DNA from: Marsupella aquatica
Lineage: Eukaryota > Plantae > Marchantiophyta
Reading direction: 5' to 3'
Length of the DNA stretch: 64,000 bases
Assembly (NCBI GenBank): GCA_973895155.1
Contig: OZ316897.1
Span: forward strand, 6,810,470-6,874,469
Both the position numbers and the translations under genes were made by a program. The notes beneath the pieces were generated by a model. The model worked only from the letters and a program-made list of their open reading frames with translations. It was not told where the DNA came from and ran no database searches. Below, piece after piece: positions 46,901-57,874 of the stretch (within the stretch, counting starts at the first letter, position 1; the number at the start of each line of letters is the position of its first letter).

Positions 46901-48660
46901 TGTCCTGCATTGTTGCCGTTGCCATTGTTGTTGCCGATGCCGATTTCTTTTCTTTCTCCAGTAGTTTCAGCAGACTCTGCATGCCTGGTTGCTGCATCGG
47001 CAAGTCCTCCTTCCTGGGCCTAAACACCTGCTCGATCGTAGGGCTAACAGGTGGTTGAGGCTTCTGAGCCAACGGCCTCGGCGTTGGAGCTTCCTCGGGT
47101 GCCCTTACCTGCAGGGGAAGTACCGGGGCAAAAGTCTGACCTCTGGCATACCGGCACAACAACGGCATGTGATAGCCAAGCCGCGACACGCTCCCCATGC
47201 CGATTACCTGCTGCTCCTCCTTTAAGATCTTCTTCAATTGGTTGAGGAGGTACCCGTTGTAGTCCCAGCTTGGGTCTGGCCTTTCTGCCAGATAGACCTG
47301 TGCCTTGCCGATCTCTGCCCTCGGCAAGTTACAATGCATGGTCACCCGCAAGAAGTCGATCATCTCTCCTATGTGCGGGTTGGTGCAGGTGTTCCGGAAG
47401 AAGCCATTCTTCGTTGATGGCCCAGGGAACGACCGGAACTCCTTGTCAGGCAAGGTCTTCCTGGTATCAACTTTGGTCTTATTGCCTATCGGCAAGCCAA
47501 ACACTTCGGCAATTACCTTGAGAGTAAGATAGAAATCCTTCCCATATATCCTCGTGCAATTGGTCTCGGGTTCCCATGACCCCACGAATTCTAATAGGTC
47601 TGACTCCGGTACCTCCGGCTTCAGCCATGGTAATCTTACAAAGGCCTCTAAGCCGGATCCGGCCATGAAGCCTTGGTACTTCTTGGTCTGCATGGCCGTG
47701 AAGCATGCATCCTCCTCCCGTGCAAAATGTAGTTGCACCTCCACCGGTAGGGTTGCCGCCCAGCCCTTCCAGGTGTCATCCCTGGTTGGAATGGCCTTGA
47801 TGGGATCGACCTCCTCCTCTTCGGCTTCTCCCTGCCTCCTCCTCTGCTGCTCGGCTGGCTTCTTTGGTGCCGCCGACCTCGTTCTTTTTGCCGGGGTGGC
47901 TTCATCGTTGACGGCTCCCTTCCTCTTCATCTCTGCTGCCGTGGAGGTTTCTCCTAGCACCGTTGCCTGGGTCCACCTTTCCGTGCTACCCTTTAATTCC
48001 CAGTGTATGTCGTTGCAGTTCTTGATGGCCTCTCGGATGCCAACGACGCTGTCTTTGCAAAACAGAAGATCGTCGAGTTGATTGGAAGTAGGCGTCCATA
48101 GGAACTCGTCCTTGATGAGTTCGCCTCCTAAGAAAGCCGTCTTCTGCAGCTCCCACAATTGAGCGAGCTCCTGCCGTTCTCGAGCTGCCCTTTCTGATTC
48201 CTCGTCCTCGTAAGTCTTGATGTACTCAGTTGCCCGTTTGAACAGGCATCCCCAGAAATGTGCCGCTTGATTGACGTTGCTCATACCCTCCTTAGGTCGA
48301 TCGTCGGTATCTACTCTCTCCCCGAGTGCTTGCCTAAGTAGCTGACAGTAGTTGGCCTCCCGTAGTCGTCTGCCTAGTTCGTGCTCGCAAATGAGCCACC
48401 ATCTCCTGCAAGCGCTCCTTACCCCTCTCCTCTGCCGGTCCTTCTTCCCGTTGATCCTTCCTAGCCGCCGACGCTTAACGCGCCCTAACCCTAATCGGGT
48501 TTTCACCCTCAGCGTCCTTACCTCCGGCCTCGGCCCGGGTTCCATGGTTGCCCCTAATTGTTTATATTTTCCTTGTTTTGTCCCTATACTAAGGTGTTCC
48601 TAGGGTGCCTTCCTGCTTTACCCACTTAACTGGCCGAGTGATTCCTGTCTAGGCATCACA
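43999..48660 (-). repeat. 3' LTR (4662 bp)
   Basis: Starts TGTGATG directly after the PPT and ends CCACA at 43999. Its end matches the 5' LTR at 63638-64000. Confidence 0.95.
44911..48545 (-). pseudogene. LTR-encoded protein in the 3' LTR, with one frameshift near 46560
   Basis: ORFs 46524..48545 and 44911..46515; a G run is one base shorter than in the intact copies. Confidence 0.85.
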
Positions 48661-51264
48661 TAGCTCCCCACTGAATTGTGAAGCGTCCTCGCGAACAACT
48701 TCATCTTCGTCCATATAGTATTTCTTGAGGCGGTCATAATGGATGCGAACTGGATATACCTCTCCCATAATGTTGGCCAATTGTACGGAGCCATTGGGGA
48801 ACATCATGGTTACTCTAAAGGGTCCTAACCAGCGAGTGTAAAGCTTTCCTGGAAACCTACTATACCTACTGTCATAAAGTAGCACAAGATCACCGGTATG
48901 AATACTAACTACTTTCAACTTTTTATCATACTGCTGCTTCATGATATTCTGTCTATATTCTACTCTCTCGGCTGAAATCATTCTCGCTTCCTCTAAAGCT
49001 TCTAACCTATATTCTCGCTCCTTTAGGCTCTCCTCCGCTGAGGCTCTTTCCTCAATTGTAACTTGAAATGTCGGTATCTCAAGTTGCATGGGTACCAGGG
49101 CTTCTTGTCCAAAGGTTAAGAAGAAGGGTGTATGACCGGTAGTGGATTTATAGGCAAGATTGTAAGCAAAAACAGCAGCAAACAATTTATCATCCCAATC
49201 AAGTTTGTTCTGAGCTACTGTTTTGTTCAATATCTTTCCTATAATTCTGTTTGCTCGTTCTGTCAACCCGTTTGCCTTTGGATGGTAGGGAGTAGTAGGC
49301 CTATGTTTAACTAAATACTGCTCATTTAAATGACTAATTATATCATTCAAAAAATGGGTTCCTCTATCACTAACTAATTCTAGGGGTGCTCCATACCTGG
49401 TGAAGATCTGCTCATACATGAATCTAGCCGTAGTAATTGCATCATCCTTCGTTGTTGGTCTGGCCTCTACCCATTTAGTTGCATAATCCGTAGCCAGGAT
49501 TATGTACTTGTTCCGTCGAGGGTGGGTCAGTGGTTTCAGAGGTCCAATGTAATCAATACCCCACTTCTCGAATGGTGCCAGAGGTAGAATAGGGTGCAGT
49601 GGATGCCTGGTGGACGCCCTTGGTCCTCCCGCTCGTTGACAAGGATCGCATTGTTTGATAAACTGATAGACATCTTTGTGCAAGGTGGGCCACCAGTAAC
49701 CGGCATTTAATATCTTCTTAGACGTGGTTACTGGGGCAAAATGTCCTCCGGCCTCCTCTCCATGCATGGCCCGTAGGACTCGTTTTACCTCTCTCTTTTC
49801 CAAACATCTTTGAATCGTGCCGTTGATTCCATGCTTGTGCAGTATGCCTTTAATGCACTGATATTGTCTGACCTTCCGCACAAAGACTGCGGCTTGCTCT
49901 CGGCTTAATCCTGGCTGTAATCTGGAAGTGCTGAGAAATTGTAAAATCTCAGGGTACCATGTACCAGCTATTTCCACAATGAATAGCTCCTCGTCGGGGA
50001 ATCGATCATCGATGCAATCTGTGGCAGGTTTACCTGTGATCCTTGAAAAGAAGTCGGCATTGGCATGTAACTTTCCCGGCTTGATCCTCAGCTCATAGTC
50101 AAACTCCTGTAATAGCAAAATCCATCTTGCTACTCTACCTGTAAGGTCCGGCTTATTGACTAGGTACTTCAAACTTTCATGATCGGTATGAAAGATTACC
50201 TTGTACCCTAGTAAATAATGCCTAAACTTTTTACAAGAATAAATGACTCCTAATGCTTCTCTCTCTGTGGTGGAGTAGTTCCGTTCGGCATCGGCAAGCT
50301 GACGGCTTGCGAAGTATATGGGATGGTCCCTTCCTTGTCCATCCAACTGACTTAGTACTGAGCCAATACAGAAGCCCGAGACATCTACAAAAACATGAAA
50401 ATCTTTGTTCCAGTCCGGTGCTATCATGACTGGGGCCTCTACTAACATCTGCTTCAATTCTACCACCGTTGTGACTCGTTCGGGTGTGGGTTCGAAGTCT
50501 GCTCCTGCCTTGAGCATGTTGGTTAATGGTAAAGCTAGCTTGGCAAAATCCTTGATGAACCGGCGATAGTAACCAATGCATCCCAAGAAGGATCTTACAT
50601 CCTTTATGTTCTTAGGTTGCATGATATCTAGCCATACTGCTAGCTTACCTTTGTCAATCTCAATGCCCTTCCTTGATACCTTGTGACCTAGTAGCACCCC
50701 CTCGGTTACTGCAAAGAAACATTTATCTGGGTGTAACTTGAGACCCACCTCTCTACATCTCATGAAGGTTTTCCTGAGGTATTTAGCATGTTTCGATGCC
50801 TTCCCGAATACTGCAAAGTCGTCAATGAAGATTTCCATGAACTTTCTCAAGTAATCATGAAAAATGTTCACCATTAATCGTTGGAACATAGCTGGTGCGT
50901 TGCAGAGTCCAAACGACATACGATTGAAGACATAGATCCCCCATTCCGTGATGAAGGCCGTCTTGATTTGGTCTTCCTGCCGAATCCTGATTTGGTTATA
51001 ACCAGAGTATCCATCCATGAATGAATATAGTTCATGACTGGCTACCATGTCTAGTACCATATCAGTAAACGGTAAAGGAAAATGGTCTTTTAATGTTGCT
51101 TCATTCAGCTTCCTGTAATCCTGACAAACCCGGATCTTGGGTTTACCATCGGGTCCAGCTTTCTTGGGAACTATCATAATTGGAGACACCCAGTCTGAAT
51201 GCAGGACTGGAGTGATGAATCCAGCTTCCACTAGTTTGTCGATTTCTGTTTTGACCAGCAGGGA
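48649..51264 (-). CDS. pol: pol, 3' part: RT, RNaseH, integrase
   Basis: RVCQDYRKLN, DGYSGYNQI, FIDD, DVSG..YFASR..EREAL, HHCC (H..GGH..CDPC), WGIDYIGP, SDRGTHF, GLTER, WLGPF. Confidence 0.97.
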   Translation of the reverse strand, partial: SLLVKTEIDKLVEAGFITPVLHSDWVSPIMIVPKKAGPDGKPKIRVCQDYRKLNEATLKDHFPLPFTDMVLDMVASHELYSFMDGYSGYNQIRIRQEDQIKTAFITEWGIYVFNRMSFGLCNAPAMFQRLMVNIFHDYLRKFMEIFIDDFAVFGKASKHAKYLRKTFMRCREVGLKLHPDKCFFAVTEGVLLGHKVSRKGIEIDKGKLAVWLDIMQPKNIKDVRSFLGCIGYYRRFIKDFAKLALPLTNMLKAGADFEPTPERVTTVVELKQMLVEAPVMIAPDWNKDFHVFVDVSGFCIGSVLSQLDGQGRDHPIYFASRQLADAERNYSTTEREALGVIYSCKKFRHYLLGYKVIFHTDHESLKYLVNKPDLTGRVARWILLLQEFDYELRIKPGKLHANADFFSRITGKPATDCIDDRFPDEELFIVEIAGTWYPEILQFLSTSRLQPGLSREQAAVFVRKVRQYQCIKGILHKHGINGTIQRCLEKREVKRVLRAMHGEEAGGHFAPVTTSKKILNAGYWWPTLHKDVYQFIKQCDPCQRAGGPRASTRHPLHPILPLAPFEKWGIDYIGPLKPLTHPRRNKYIILATDYATKWVEARPTTKDDAITTARFMYEQIFTRYGAPLELVSDRGTHFLNDIISHLNEQYLVKHRPTTPYHPKANGLTERANRIIGKILNKTVAQNKLDWDDKLFAAVFAYNLAYKSTTGHTPFFLTFGQEALVPMQLEIPTFQVTIEERASAEESLKEREYRLEALEEARMISAERVEYRQNIMKQQYDKKLKVVSIHTGDLVLLYDSRYSRFPGKLYTRWLGPFRVTMMFPNGSVQLANIMGEVYPVRIHYDRLKKYYMDEDEVVREDASQFSGELCDA
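48661..48672 (-). promoter_or_regulatory. Polypurine tract
   Basis: AGTGGGGAGCTA immediately before the TG of the 3' LTR. Confidence 0.8.
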
Positions 51265-54200
51265 TGTGATGCCTAGACAGGAATCACTCGGCCGGTTAAG
51301 TGGGTAAAGCAGGAAGGCACCCTAGGAACACCTTAGTATAGGGACAAAACAAGGAAAATATAAACAATTAGGGGCAACCATGGAACCCGGGCAGAGGCCG
51401 GAGGTAAGGCTGAGGGTGAAAACCCGATTAGGGTTAGGGCGCGTTAAGCATCGGCGGCTAGGAAGGATCAACGGGAAGAAGGACCGGCAGAGGAGAGGGG
51501 TAAGGAGCGCTTGTAGGAGATGGTGGCTCATTTGCGAGCACGAACTAGGCAGACGACTACGGGAGGCCAACTATTGTCAGCTGCTTAGGCAAGCACTCGG
51601 GGAGAGAGTAGATACCGACGATCGACCTAAGGAGGGTATGAGCAACGTCAATCAAGCGGCACATTTCTGGGGATGCCTGTTCGAACGGGCAACTGAGTAC
51701 ATCAAGACTTACGAGGACGAGGAATCAGAAAGGGCAGCTCGAGAACGGCAGGAGCTCGCTCGATTGTGGGAGCTGCAGAAGACGGCTTTCTTAGGAGGCG
51801 AACTCATCAAGGACGAGTTCCTGTGGACGCCTACTTCCAATCAACTCGACGATCTTTTGTTTTGCAAAGACAGCGTCGTCGGCATCCGAGAGGCCATCAA
51901 GAACTGCAACGACATACACTGGGAATTAAAGGGTAGCACGGAAAGGTGGACCCAGGCAACGGTGCTAGGAGAAACCTCCACGGCAGCAGAGATGAAGAGG
52001 AAGGGGGCCGTCAACGATGAAGCCACCCCGGCAAAAAGAACGAGGTCGGCGGCACCAAAGAGGCCAGCCGAGCAGCAGAGCAGGAGGCAGGGAGAAGCCG
52101 AAGAGGAGGAGGTCGATCCCATCAAGGCCATTCCAACCAGGGATGACACCTGGAAGGGCTGGGCGGCAACCCTACCGGTGGAGGTGCAACTACATTTTGC
52201 ACGGGAGGAGGATGCATGCTTTACGGCCATGCAGACCAAGAAGTACCAAGGCTTCATGGCCGGATCCGGCTTGGAGGCCTTTGTAAGATTACCATGGCTG
52301 AAGCCGGAGGTACCGGAGTCAGACCTATTAGAATTCGTGGGGTCATGGGAACCCGAGACCAATTGCACGAGGATATATGGGAAGGATTTCTATCTTACTC
52401 CCAAGGTAATTGCCGAAGTGTTTGGCCTGCCGATAGGCAATAAGACCAAAGTTGATACCAGGAAGACCTTGCCTGACAAGGAGTTCCGGTCGTTCCCCGG
52501 GCCATCAACGAAGAATGGCTTCTTCCGGAACACCTGCACCAACCCGCACATAGGAGAGATGATCGACTTCTTGCGGGTGACCATGCATTGTAACTTGCCG
52601 AGGGCAGAGATCGGCAAGGCACAGGTCTATCTGGCAGAAAGGCCAGACCCAAGCCGGGACTACAACGGGTACCTCCTCAACCAATTGAAGAAGATCTTAA
52701 AGGAGGAGCAGCAGGTAATCGGCAAGGGGAGCGTGTCGCGGCTTGGCTATCACATGCCGCTGTTGTGCCGGTATGCCAGAGGTCAGACTTTTGCCCCGGT
52801 ACTTCCCCTGCAGGTAAGGGCACCGGAGGAAGCTCCAACGCCGAGGCCGTTGGCTGAGAAGCCTCAACCACCTGTTAGTCCTATGATCAAGCAGGTGTTT
52901 AGGCCCAGGAAGGAAGACTTGCCGATGCAGCAACCAGGCATGCAGAGTCTGCTGAAACTACTGGAGAAAGAAAAGAAATCGGCATCGGCAACAACAACGG
53001 CAACGGCAACAATGCAGGACACTACTACAGAGGTAGGCCTACACCGGCTCACAAGAGAAAACCCCTTTGCTGGAGACAAGGAGAGAATCAGGCCAGAATC
53101 CAAGCCAGGTGTTCGAATGTACGTGGAAACCTCAAGCTCCGAATCTGAGGCAGAATTGCCTGAAGCTCCTACCGACGAAGAGGAGAGGGAGAAGCCGGAC
53201 GTCCAAGAGGTAGAGGAGGCAGTGGAGGACTGCAGCCATGATAATTCCGGCTATGGGTCGGACCATCACGTTCCAGGAGTAAGGACCTATGGCCGGTTTG
53301 TCCCCACACTTCCAAGGGTAGTGCGAGGGGACCCCAACCAGCAGAGTAGCCCTGAGTCTCCCCCACCAGATGTTGCTCCCCCGAGCTTCGACGACATAAA
53401 ACAGACGGTGCAGGAATTTCAGGAGCGAATCAAGCAGGAGGAAGAGGCCGCCCTGGCTAAGGAAAAGGATTTACCAGGAGGAGATTGGCCGGAGGACATC
53501 AGGCGGCTAGCCGAAAAAGGAAGCAAACCTCTAGCCACGATTGAAGAGATCCACAGGATGGCTTGGGAGCAGAGGCCACGATGGGCGATGCCGATCACTT
53601 CTACTTACTCCACCTACGCTAAGAATAGAGCCATGGAGTATGGTGAGATGTGTGGGGAACTTGCACTCGGCATCTTTGGAGAGGAGTTGGAGGTAGGACC
53701 CTTTTTCCATAGGGAGCAGTTGGAGAAGCACCAATTAGAAGAAGCGGTGGCTTTAGAGAGAAGCAAGAAGGACGAGGTCATTCGACGGCTTAGGAGGATG
53801 GAAGCCGAGATTGAAGATCTAAGGGCGGCCAAGAAAGCCCAAGATGAACTGCGGATTAAACGACATGAGCTGAACATCATGCAGGGGCAGTTGGACACCG
53901 CGCAGGCTGATAATCAGAATATCAAGGATAAACTGACTCAGACGCAGGAAGAGTTGGCCGACACGATCAAAGAGAGGGAGAAGTGGAAGCAAGAGCTGAA
54001 GAATACAGAGGAGGCCCACATAACAGCCAACAGCCGGGCCATGGCGGAGACCCAAAGAAAGGAATGGGCGTTGAAAGGGGAGCTCGAGAAAATCCGCGGA
54101 GCCCTTGAGCAGAAGGAGGTCGAGTTAGGGAAATCCTATCAAGGGATTATGGCGCTGCAGCAGGAGCTTGCGTCCCTGACGGCCAGCTTCAAGGCCGACC

Positions 54201-55924
54201 TAAGGGAGAAGGACGAGATGCTCGAACAGACTTACGCCAAGATGAACCAGATGGAGTCTGTCATCATTGCAGAGCTCGACAAGGAGCTAAGAGCAACCCG
54301 GGAGGAGAGGGCTACCTTGAAGAAGGAATTGGAGGAAGCCCACAGGGAGCAGGAGGAGGCCAAAAACAAGCTGGAGGGGGCACGTAAGGACCTGGATGAA
54401 ACCCAAGAGGAGTTGGAGGAAATCACGAGGAAGATGGAGAACCTACAGCGGCGGGCCGACAACCAAACAGAGCGGCTGAAAAAACAAGCCGCAATATTTA
54501 AATGCTTAGCTGCAGCAGGTCCATCTCCCGTTGGGACAAACCAGTTACCAGGGGTGGTAATTGCCGAAGGACAAGCCGCGCCAACTGCACCAGTGCCGGA
54601 ATTAAGTGGGAAGGGGAAGGGACCAGCTGCCGAGCCACCAACGAAGAAGAAGCGGAAACCTTCAGGGTCAAGGAGTAATACGACTTCACAGGCCGTGGTG
54701 ATCAAGGAGGTAGACCCAACACCGACCCCAGACAGGGTCACGGCTAAGGATCCAACTACCCTAGGGGAAGGGGAGGCCGAAGCCGAGGGAGTGGCTGAAG
54801 CCGAAGCCGTGGGAGTGGCTGAGGCCGAAGCCGTGGGTATTGCCGAGGCCGGTGTCGAGGCTGAAGCCGAGGGTGGACCCAGTCAGGCCGATGGAGAGTT
54901 GACTCGGTCAAGGGCAGGTAATCTGTCAGTAGGTGAAACTACGGCAGTGGCTGAGGAGGAAGCGTTGGGGGCGTCCATTAAGGATCCACCACCGGTGTCG
55001 TGACGGTGCAAGGGCGCCATTCCTTTTAGGGAGGGCGGACGTGGAGGGAGGAGGCGTGAGTGGGCAGGGCGGGCGCGGATCTCCACGTTTAGGATTAGGA
55101 TCAGAACCAGGAGCGGCCCTGACACTTAGCTTAGTGGGATTGCGGTCCCACTGGTAGGAGCAACACTTGTGCTCCTGCCTTGCTGTACATAGGTAGATTC
55201 GGGCAAGTAGATTACTGTTAAGTAGATTAGGCTTACGATGCAAAGAATGGCGGATCCACTACCAGGATAAGTACCTGGGCAGCGGGGAGCTCAGGGCCTC
55301 TTCTTTAGCAAGTTTTTAGTTTGCACCAGCCGGGCTGGGATCAAGTAGTACGAGAAGCTCTCGGTTAGTCATACAGTGACCCTTGTGTATATTCATGTTT
55401 CCTCATGCCTAAGAGCTGAATAGAGTTGGCCTCACGGCTTAGTTCGCAGAACTTGTGTATGAGATGTACTGTTTGTATGGCAAGTGCAGGGTATGACTCA
55501 GTCAGAATGAGTCATTTTGCTATTTGTGTGTCGCATTAACTTGTGTGAAGAGTGCCCACATCAACAGAATGAAGGAAAGTAAGCAGGGGAGTGAGAGTTG
55601 GATGTGTCGAGCTGAGAGAGGTCTTAGCGGCTTAACCAAGCCTATTGGGGATCATTCCGGTGGCGGAATCCAAACATACCTAACAAGACGGAGGGGAAGA
55701 CAGGGGAAGACAGGGGAAGGCCTATATTAGGCCGGCTACGTATCTCATGACCCGATGAAGGATCTGTCCAGTATATGTGTGTAAAATGTTAATAGTAGTA
55801 GTAGAAGGTTAGCAGCGTCCCATGCCGCTAAGCCGCGGAAACGGCCTCGCCAAGCACGAAACCTGCGGGAATCGGCTTGAGCTGGGGGGTTTCTTGGGTT
55901 TAGGGAGCCATGGGACGCACCACA
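51265..55924 (+). mobile_element. Solo family-A LTR (4660 bp) inserted antisense into pol of its own family
   Basis: TG...CA termini; TSD AGGGA at 51260-51264 and 55925-55929. Excision restores MNPKYSLLVKTEIDKLVEAGFI. Confidence 0.97.
51380..55003 (+). CDS. Intact LTR-encoded protein (1207 aa; probable true start at 51638, MSNVNQ)
   Basis: Uninterrupted ORF covering 78% of the LTR, with a globular N-terminal domain, an acidic linker and a ~300-aa coiled coil. Confidence 0.88.
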   Translation: MEPGQRPEVRLRVKTRLGLGRVKHRRLGRINGKKDRQRRGVRSACRRWWLICEHELGRRLREANYCQLLRQALGERVDTDDRPKEGMSNVNQAAHFWGCLFERATEYIKTYEDEESERAARERQELARLWELQKTAFLGGELIKDEFLWTPTSNQLDDLLFCKDSVVGIREAIKNCNDIHWELKGSTERWTQATVLGETSTAAEMKRKGAVNDEATPAKRTRSAAPKRPAEQQSRRQGEAEEEEVDPIKAIPTRDDTWKGWAATLPVEVQLHFAREEDACFTAMQTKKYQGFMAGSGLEAFVRLPWLKPEVPESDLLEFVGSWEPETNCTRIYGKDFYLTPKVIAEVFGLPIGNKTKVDTRKTLPDKEFRSFPGPSTKNGFFRNTCTNPHIGEMIDFLRVTMHCNLPRAEIGKAQVYLAERPDPSRDYNGYLLNQLKKILKEEQQVIGKGSVSRLGYHMPLLCRYARGQTFAPVLPLQVRAPEEAPTPRPLAEKPQPPVSPMIKQVFRPRKEDLPMQQPGMQSLLKLLEKEKKSASATTTATATMQDTTTEVGLHRLTRENPFAGDKERIRPESKPGVRMYVETSSSESEAELPEAPTDEEEREKPDVQEVEEAVEDCSHDNSGYGSDHHVPGVRTYGRFVPTLPRVVRGDPNQQSSPESPPPDVAPPSFDDIKQTVQEFQERIKQEEEAALAKEKDLPGGDWPEDIRRLAEKGSKPLATIEEIHRMAWEQRPRWAMPITSTYSTYAKNRAMEYGEMCGELALGIFGEELEVGPFFHREQLEKHQLEEAVALERSKKDEVIRRLRRMEAEIEDLRAAKKAQDELRIKRHELNIMQGQLDTAQADNQNIKDKLTQTQEELADTIKEREKWKQELKNTEEAHITANSRAMAETQRKEWALKGELEKIRGALEQKEVELGKSYQGIMALQQELASLTASFKADLREKDEMLEQTYAKMNQMESVIIAELDKELRATREERATLKKELEEAHREQEEAKNKLEGARKDLDETQEELEEITRKMENLQRRADNQTERLKKQAAIFKCLAAAGPSPVGTNQLPGVVIAEGQAAPTAPVPELSGKGKGPAAEPPTKKKRKPSGSRSNTTSQAVVIKEVDPTPTPDRVTAKDPTTLGEGEAEAEGVAEAEAVGVAEAEAVGIAEAGVEAEAEGGPSQADGELTRSRAGNLSVGETTAVAEEEALGASIKDPPPVS

Positions 55925-57874
55925 AGGGAATACTTCGGGTTCATCCTTCGAATTGGTTGTCGAAATGATTTGGCTCCTAACATGAGATCAATTCGATGTT
56001 CCCCTAGTGTTGGATCTACTCCCTTTAGATCTTGGTGACTCCATGCAAACACATCCTGAAATTCAATCAATAAGTCACTGATCTCTTTCTCGAGCTCAGG
56101 TGCTAGGTTTCTCCCTAAGTTCAGTTCTCTTCCCTCTCCTAAGTCGAGCTTCCGATATTGCCGTGCTTGGATCATATTAATCTGCTTCTTCAAATTCGGG
56201 TCCAGTTCGGCTTCCAGTCTCTCTAATCTCATACCTCCATAAACTGGAATCTCGGCTGGACTAGCCGAGTCGGTCCCGTCCTTGGTGTCCATAGATTGTC
56301 CCCTTGCCGGTCTATTCGGTTTTGAATTGGTGGTCGGCTCCCCTTCCTGCCTTGGCTCTGGATTGTGTCTGTCCATCTCATCCACCTCTTGTTCCTGAGA
56401 GTCAGGCCGTTGTGCTCTCTCGGCTTCTAATAGGGCCTCAATTTGTTCTGCCCTCGTAATCGGCTTGTATGCCGATCCCTTGGTATTTAATTCCTTGCCG
56501 ATGATTGATGGCGTTGTGAACCCTGCCGGCTCTGCCACAACACCTGCAGAAAATCCACTGTCCCTGCTACTGCTCCCCACTTAGCCGTTTCATCCAATTG
56601 GTCTACATCCTTTACTTCCTCCGGAATTGCAGCTAAAAAGGTGGATTCTATTGTAAAGCAGTCCTCGACCTCTTCGTCTTCTGCTTCCAAGTCACCTTCC
56701 ATTGGTTCTTGCCATAATCCACTGGGGGGTACCTCTGGTCCAAAGACACTTTCTTCGGTTAGGTTAGTGAGGCATTCTAACCAACGTACTTCATCGGCTG
56801 ACTCCAGTCCACTGTCATACCCATCTACTTCCCTTATGCTTTTCCTACGGTCATCCTTAGTGTCCCAGGATACCGTGATAGAGGGGGTCCCGAAAGTGAA
56901 CTGTTTTTTACCCCAATCTTCTATTACCTCGGCTAGGTACAGCCATGGCCTACCAATCAATAGCCGGAATGACGTAGGATTTACCAGCTTCATTACTACA
57001 TAGTTAATGCTAAAGAAGATACCTCCTATCTCTGTCTTGATGCCGGTTAACACTCCCGTGGGAATGACCTGATATCCATTGGCCATGTTCAACACTCTTC
57101 CAGTCATCTCCGGTGTTAGACCCCACCCTTTTGTTGTTGAATCAATCATAATACATACCCCTGATCCTCCATCGATGGGTACCCGTAGTAATAATTCTCC
57201 TTGAATCATTAATGGTAATGCTGGGGCTCCTTGATCTTCTTCTATCATTAGTACGTCGGATCTGGTTGCTACTTGGGTAACCTCGGCTTGCCGAGAATAG
57301 CCTTCCTTAATTGCTTCCGGAAGTATGGGCTATTTTTCAATAGTTGAACTACTGTTGCCGAGACTCTAGATTCTAGTACATCTTTAGCCAGGTCATAGGG
57401 AACAATCGGCTTCTCCTCTGGTGGTGTTTCCGTCTTGGATTCGGCCAGTTTTGCCACGCTAGTCTCCACAGCTGTTGGGTCTTCCGAAGCAAACAATGCT
57501 TTTGCTCGTTTTACATCCTTGGCAATGGCTTCGGTATTCTCCAGGGTTTCTAATTCTCTTAGTTGTTCCTTAACACTAGCCGTAACAGAGGGGTAGAACA
57601 ACTTAGGATGATCTCGATTGAAGTCGCTATCTTGTGAAGGATTGGTTTCACTGGTGGGCTCATGGCTTACCTGTATTGCCGGAGCCCTCCCTTCTCCTTC
57701 TGTTGATGTTGACGAAGAGTCGATCTTTTTCTCCGTAACCTTCCCTTTATTTTTGGCCAGCCCATCCCACCTTTCCTTCCTTCTGGTAGATCGAGTAGAG
57801 ACCCGGTAGCAATCATGATCTAAATCCTCCTCTGAGAAGGTTGATAGGGCTTGTAGTTTGCCATAGAGAACCAA
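55925..57874 (-). pseudogene. pol: pol, 5' part: gag-pro linker, aspartic protease and start of RT (frameshifted)
   Basis: VSTRS linker; IDGGSGVCIM; LLIGRPWL; EFQDVFAWSHQDLKGVDP..EHRIDL. The three ORFs are in different frames. Confidence 0.9.

Noticed and set aside
51380-55003. LTR protein as env, or as captured host myosin/SMC
   Set aside because: No signal peptide, transmembrane segment or ATPase motif is visible; the coiled-coil similarity is generic.
55600-55690. Hammerhead ribozyme in the LTR (CTGAGAGA...AAAC)
   Set aside because: The CUGANGA/GAAA core and stems could not be completed.
43999-55924. Inverted 4.66-kb repeats as TIRs of a DIRS-like or foldback element around RT-RH-INT
   Set aside because: TSD AGGGA and in-frame restoration of pol show the second copy is an independent solo-LTR insertion.
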